NCBI GenBank assembly: GCA_039679675.1 | Contig: JBDKUN010000044.1 | Span: 1 to 31,653 of the forward strand | DNA length: 31,653 bases | DNA from: Armatimonadota bacterium | GTDB lineage: Bacteria; Armatimonadota; UBA5829; DTLH01 | Reading direction: 5' to 3' | In this document: piece by piece, positions 27,261 through 31,653 of the stretch | Layout of the letters: each line of letters starts with the position of its first letter | How positions within the stretch are numbered: the first letter of the stretch is position 1 | The notes under the pieces: generated by a model | Told to the model about the DNA's origin: nothing | The model's input: the letters and a program-made list of their open reading frames with translations, nothing else | Databases searched by the model: none | Made by a program: the position numbers and the translations under genes

Positions 27261-28787
27261 CTATAATCTGCCACCTAATCGCCTTGAAACAAGCCAAAGA
27301 ATAAACACTGGAATGATAAGTCCACGCAGTGCAGCCAACCAGTGGCCAATCGGTTGTTCAAATCCTAAAGTTAAGCTAATAAACATTGGTACCAAAGGAT
27401 GAGAAGATAAGCGTGCAGGAGTTAGGAACCAACCTACCACAGATGACCACACGATGCCAAGCAAGGCAAACGACAATACACCAGATATCCAGCCGTAATT
27501 GCCGACAACCTCAAATGGTATTGAGATACTCACATTGTTAGTGTCACTCGTAGTAGGAGTCATATATACCCTAGCATACACTGTCCTATAGAAAAAATTC
27601 CCGATGTTCATATCACGTTTCTCGGGGTTCAGGACTCTAGGTAACAACGAGCTTATGCCCCAAGAAATTGTGTATCCTTTCCACTCACCCTCAAAGCTTG
27701 AGGATTCCCGAGTTATCTCTCCTGCAAGAGGATATATACCTCTAAATAAAGATTCAACGTTGAGATCACTCAAAGATTTATGCTGCACATAGATGCCCTC
27801 TCTGGCAACCCTCTTAAAAATACTTTGTCGCTCACTCACAGTTGATATATTAGCTAGCTCGGATTCATGTCTAGCATAGGTAACAAACGGTTCTACTACA
27901 AACAAATACAAACACAGCATCGCGATCAAAATAACCCACGGTATGCGTTGCCTTACCGACACATAAGCAAATAATGCATAAAGAGCCAAATGGAAAAATC
28001 CGGCTTTTGAGCCACTACTCACAGCTGATAATACACTCTGGAGCAACACAACTGCGGAAAGCCATTTTATGGATCGAGGTACAGAATATTTCGGTTGAAC
28101 TAAAGCTACCATTAATGCAGAATTAGCAAATGACGATATAGCTGCGACATTTGCTATAATGCCAACCCACCATATAGTTGTGCGGATACCACCAAGATAT
28201 GAAGTTGTTTCCATGCCTCTAATACCAAGAAAGTTAAGCATCGACAGCAGTAGAGTTGAGATAAGACTAAGTCCAGCAAAACATAAGACGGTTCGAACTT
28301 TATACACTTTTCCGCTTGGTAAAAGAAACCTTGCGCTCCATCCCACTTTTCGCAATCTTGATAATGCAAAATCTGATGCAATCGCATACAGTGGTAGTCC
28401 CAGTACAACAATGAATATTGCTTCAACGCCACACGCCTGTGCTGATAATGCTTCCTCAGCTCGACCAATAGAATGCTTAAAAAGCCCTGATATTGTTGGT
28501 GCTACGCCAAACCACCAGTAAAATACTACTACCGTGGCTTGAACCGGATTAAATAATGGTCTGTTTGACAATAGACCAAATGAAACATGAACACTTAATC
28601 CAAGTAGTAATTGAGCAATAATGTACGACGCAGGTGCACCAACAATGATTCCAGACAAGATAGCAACCATTGTAGACGTAAAAATACACAACATATACCA
28701 ATAGGATCTATACCAAGCGCACTGTATGCGATTGATATATATTTTTTGGTATAACAAATGATTGTCGTTATGTATCAAATGTATCAT
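27261..28787 (-). CDS. Multi-pass membrane protein, probable Wzy polymerase
   Basis: About 10-11 hydrophobic segments, SGSKA, large loop with LPRVLNPEK, NYGW.G; sits among glycosyltransferases. Start uncertain. Confidence 0.7.
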   Translation of the reverse strand: MIHLIHNDNHLLYQKIYINRIQCAWYRSYWYMLCIFTSTMVAILSGIIVGAPASYIIAQLLLGLSVHVSFGLLSNRPLFNPVQATVVVFYWWFGVAPTISGLFKHSIGRAEEALSAQACGVEAIFIVVLGLPLYAIASDFALSRLRKVGWSARFLLPSGKVYKVRTVLCFAGLSLISTLLLSMLNFLGIRGMETTSYLGGIRTTIWWVGIIANVAAISSFANSALMVALVQPKYSVPRSIKWLSAVVLLQSVLSAVSSGSKAGFFHLALYALFAYVSVRQRIPWVILIAMLCLYLFVVEPFVTYARHESELANISTVSERQSIFKRVAREGIYVQHKSLSDLNVESLFRGIYPLAGEITRESSSFEGEWKGYTISWGISSLLPRVLNPEKRDMNIGNFFYRTVYARVYMTPTTSDTNNVSISIPFEVVGNYGWISGVLSFALLGIVWSSVVGWFLTPARLSSHPLVPMFISLTLGFEQPIGHWLAALRGLIIPVFILWLVSRRLGGRL

Positions 28788-28871
28788 TAAGAATATCCCG
28801 TAGAAGACAATGATAATTGAAGAGTATTATGTAATATAAATCTGATAGCTATTCCAGCTAAACATACATTA

Positions 28872-29792
28872 TTATCGAACTCTCAATGCCAGCCCATCAT
28901 ACAAAGCATTCAACACGCTTTTGAGCTTATCCCATCTTCCAAGTATTACTAGTCCTGCTGCATAAACTATTGCTTTGGCTATTGCATTAACAGCTGCATA
29001 CAAAAAATGAGGAAGATGGGTCGCGTGCTTTCTAATGATGAAAAAATGGTTCCTAATACTTAGATATATCGCAAAAGGCGAAGAAGAACCTTTTGTTGTC
29101 CGTGACCGAGTTTTCTTTATGCTGGCTGATACCTTGTGCAATAACACTGCATCTGGAACATAAGCCAACTTTAGTCCCTGCTTAACGGCCCTAATAGACC
29201 AATCTAGATCCTCAGAATAAGCAAAGAAACGTTCGTCAAACAGCCCAACGCTCTTGAATGACGTCTGACGCACAAACATGCAACAACCTGTCAGGAAATG
29301 TACCTGAGATATGTTGTCATATTGCCCATGATCCTCTTGCATCGCTCCTATATGCTGACTGTTCAAATTCCACCAGTCTATTCTCGCACCGGCGTACCAT
29401 ATGGTCTTCCTATAACCATAGTAAAGAATCTTTCCGCAGCATGCTGCCACTTCAGGAGTAGATTCCATATAGCAAAGTAGTGACTCAAGACAATCAAATG
29501 CTACTTCAGTGTCATTATTCAGAAGCCAAATATAATCATATTCTTCTGCAATGGCTTGCTCGATAGCCACATTATTACCACCTGCAAACCCAAGGTTCAC
29601 ACTATTATGAATCAGTCTAATATCTGGAAAGCTTTCAGCAATCTGATCAGTTGATTTATCTTCTGATGCATTGTCTACTACTACAATCAAGTCAGGTCTT
29701 CTGCTTCCCGCTATCAGCGATTTAATGCACGAGATAGTAAGGTTTCCACCATTCCAATTAAGTAATATCACAGCAACCGTAGGCATAAGCAA
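28872..29792 (-). CDS. GT2 glycosyltransferase
   Basis: ILLNWNG, VVDNASED, NLGFAGGNN, LLNND, GCCM, FFAYSEDLD. Confidence 0.92.
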   Translation of the reverse strand: MLMPTVAVILLNWNGGNLTISCIKSLIAGSRRPDLIVVVDNASEDKSTDQIAESFPDIRLIHNSVNLGFAGGNNVAIEQAIAEEYDYIWLLNNDTEVAFDCLESLLCYMESTPEVAACCGKILYYGYRKTIWYAGARIDWWNLNSQHIGAMQEDHGQYDNISQVHFLTGCCMFVRQTSFKSVGLFDERFFAYSEDLDWSIRAVKQGLKLAYVPDAVLLHKVSASIKKTRSRTTKGSSSPFAIYLSIRNHFFIIRKHATHLPHFLYAAVNAIAKAIVYAAGLVILGRWDKLKSVLNALYDGLALRVR

Positions 29793-29877
29793 CTCGCACC
29801 GAAGTTAGATTTTGATCGTATATACTTACCATGCTCGACCAAAGTAGAAAGGTAGTAAAGCTGATCAAGGTTAGCTT

Positions 29878-31263
29878 TTATTTTACGGACCACCTTTCCA
29901 ACCTAGCGTCCAAGGTTTTGACTAAAGATAAATGGTTTAATGCAATGATCGTATATGTCCATAGCCATATGCCATGAACTACAAATGATGCTAACTGCCC
30001 TATTGCTAACCCCAGAGCACCATACTGTATTAACAGCGCAGTGATAAATATCAGGCAAATGCTTTGGCCGACATTCATAATAAAATGAATCCATACTCTT
30101 CCGGTAGACTCTAGAAACTTTACAGTAGGTGCTTGTGTAATCTGTAACATTACAGCGATTTGTAGGCATACAAAAACCAACCACTTATCTCGAAATCCTG
30201 ATCCGTAGCTGGCCATAATGAATGGGCTCATAACACAAATAATGAACATTATAGGTAATGAACCAATAATTAACATTTGGAGCATTTTATACACAACACG
30301 CTTAATACTGGCATAATCCCCCACACCATCCCGTTCAGAAAGTACAGGTATAGCTACATTGCATAAAAGTGAAGGAATTAATATAGTAGCAGATTTCCAT
30401 TGATTTGCAGCATTGAGAATTCCCATCTCGCTATAACCATTGTGCTGATGAACCAGCATTGCATTGCATATCCACATGACTGGACCGACAAGCGAACCCG
30501 TTAAAACAGATGGAAGTGAAAATTGCCATAAAATAGGCCACTCAGTCAGGCATCCTTTAAGAACTATTGGTATGCAAGCTTTTTTTGATTCGTAGCAGAT
30601 AGCTCTATGATTTAAGATGTAATTTACGGATGCTCCTAATACCAGCGCCCATACCGCACCCGAAACATCATAAAAATATACTCCCAGGACTACCATTGGG
30701 AATGTAATAATTCCAGCCCAGAAATTTCGAGTTGCAATTGCTCTAAACGCCTCAAAACCAGCTAAAACACCATCTTGAGCACCATTTATAGCCGTAATTA
30801 CCATATAGATTGAGCCTATTCTAATTAAACCGGCTAAGTGTGGGGCAGCTAGAGTATGCTCTGCAAGCCACGGTGCCATTATAATGAGTATAGATGCAAC
30901 AATAGTTCCAGATGCTACCGCCACAGATGTGGATAATCCAATAATTCGCCCCGTCCTTTGGGGGTGCAATGCTCGAAACTGTGCAATATATTTCGTTGCA
31001 GTAGTACCTAGGCCAAATCCAGCAAATAAACCAAAGGCACCTAGGGTACTCTGTATAACACCAAGTTCTCCAAAGCCAGTCTTCCCCAACATTCTAGCAA
31101 TACACATGGAAGATACTAAGCCTAACGCACGAACAACCATTGAACCCACAAACAGCCATACAACACCTTTGGCAAGCCGATATCGCAGTGGCGAGGATTC
31201 CACTTTCTTTGCATATGACTTCAATGATGTCACAATGACTGACACTGATGTTCCAATATTCAC
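29878..31263 (-). CDS. wzx: Wzx oligosaccharide flippase
   Basis: Polytopic MOP-type protein: ARMLGKTGFGELG, FGLGTTATKY, about 12 TM segments. Confidence 0.85.
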   Translation of the reverse strand: MNIGTSVSVIVTSLKSYAKKVESSPLRYRLAKGVVWLFVGSMVVRALGLVSSMCIARMLGKTGFGELGVIQSTLGAFGLFAGFGLGTTATKYIAQFRALHPQRTGRIIGLSTSVAVASGTIVASILIIMAPWLAEHTLAAPHLAGLIRIGSIYMVITAINGAQDGVLAGFEAFRAIATRNFWAGIITFPMVVLGVYFYDVSGAVWALVLGASVNYILNHRAICYESKKACIPIVLKGCLTEWPILWQFSLPSVLTGSLVGPVMWICNAMLVHQHNGYSEMGILNAANQWKSATILIPSLLCNVAIPVLSERDGVGDYASIKRVVYKMLQMLIIGSLPIMFIICVMSPFIMASYGSGFRDKWLVFVCLQIAVMLQITQAPTVKFLESTGRVWIHFIMNVGQSICLIFITALLIQYGALGLAIGQLASFVVHGIWLWTYTIIALNHLSLVKTLDARLERWSVK

Positions 31264-31300
31264 AAATCAATTCCCTTAAGGTACAACTTATATATTATGA

Positions 31301-31315
31301 GCCGCCCAAGGCGGC
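31301..31315 (-). mobile_element. Small hairpin at the IS200 right end
   Basis: GCCGCC-TTG-GGCGGC immediately after the tnpA stop. Confidence 0.5.
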
Positions 31316-31316
31316 A

Positions 31317-31652
31317 TCAGCACAACTTAAGTTGGTCGATCCGTTTGTCTTCCGCCTCTTGTTTGCGGATATACTCTTGGATCATCTTCTCGCCTTTGCC
31401 AATTGCGGATACAAAATATCCACGAGCCCAAAATTGCTCACCGGTGAAGTTCTTTTTCTTGCCAGCATAAGTCCGTGCAATATGTATGGCGCTCTTGCCT
31501 TTGATATAGCCTATCACCTGTGCAACACTATATTTGGGCGGTATGCTGATCAGCATATGCACGTGGTCAAGCTGCAGACTTCCCGTCTCGATGCATGACT
31601 CCTTGTGTCGAGCCAACTCGGTAAACAGCTTGCCCAATTCATTTCTGATGTG
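31317..31652 (-). mobile_element. tnpA: IS200/IS605-family Y1 transposase (5' part outside window)
   Basis: HUH motif DHVHM, IPPKYSV, KGKSA, FWARGYFVS, EYIRKQ (catalytic Tyr); frame is open to the window edge. Confidence 0.93.
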
Positions 31653-31653
31653 A

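Noticed and set aside
356..31598. Numerous short antisense or overlapping ORFs in the track (e.g. 725-1057, 1069-1518, 15797-16288, 21545-22075, 31248-31598)
   Set aside because: They are shadows of well-supported genes and have no recognisable motifs.
1..31653. rRNA, tRNA, CRISPR array, known riboswitch, exosortase gene
   Set aside because: No recognisable signature seen in the intergenic regions or ORFs.

Overview
GC-mosaic bacterial window, probably Armatimonadota (inferred from the PEP-CTERM tail style and a domain in the 968-aa protein). Nearly all genes are on the minus strand. (1) 1-5.2 kb: a small MITE-like element, phosphomannomutase, a lone PEP-CTERM protein, a TPR/Ig/polysaccharide deacetylase and a metallophosphoesterase. 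(2) ~5.3-13.5 kb: an AT-richer block of cell-surface genes bracketed by a 46-bp direct repeat. It holds three tandem, translationally coupled HAF-repeat PEP-CTERM paralogs with variable loops, a 968-aa beta-helix surface protein, a PEP-CTERM protein with thioester-domain motifs and a DUF642/choice-of-anchor-C PEP-CTERM protein; related hairpins sit at gene boundaries. (3) An AAA_14/DUF4143 ATPase with a palindrome over its promoter. (4) 15.1-31.3 kb: a Wzx/Wzy polysaccharide locus (flippase, GT2, polymerase, GT4s, fnlABC plus wbuB-like for L-FucNAc, priming transferase, a GNAT/PLP/FemAB-like trio, sugar aminotransferase), ending in a partial IS200 transposase. All calls come from reading motifs by eye; no searches were run.
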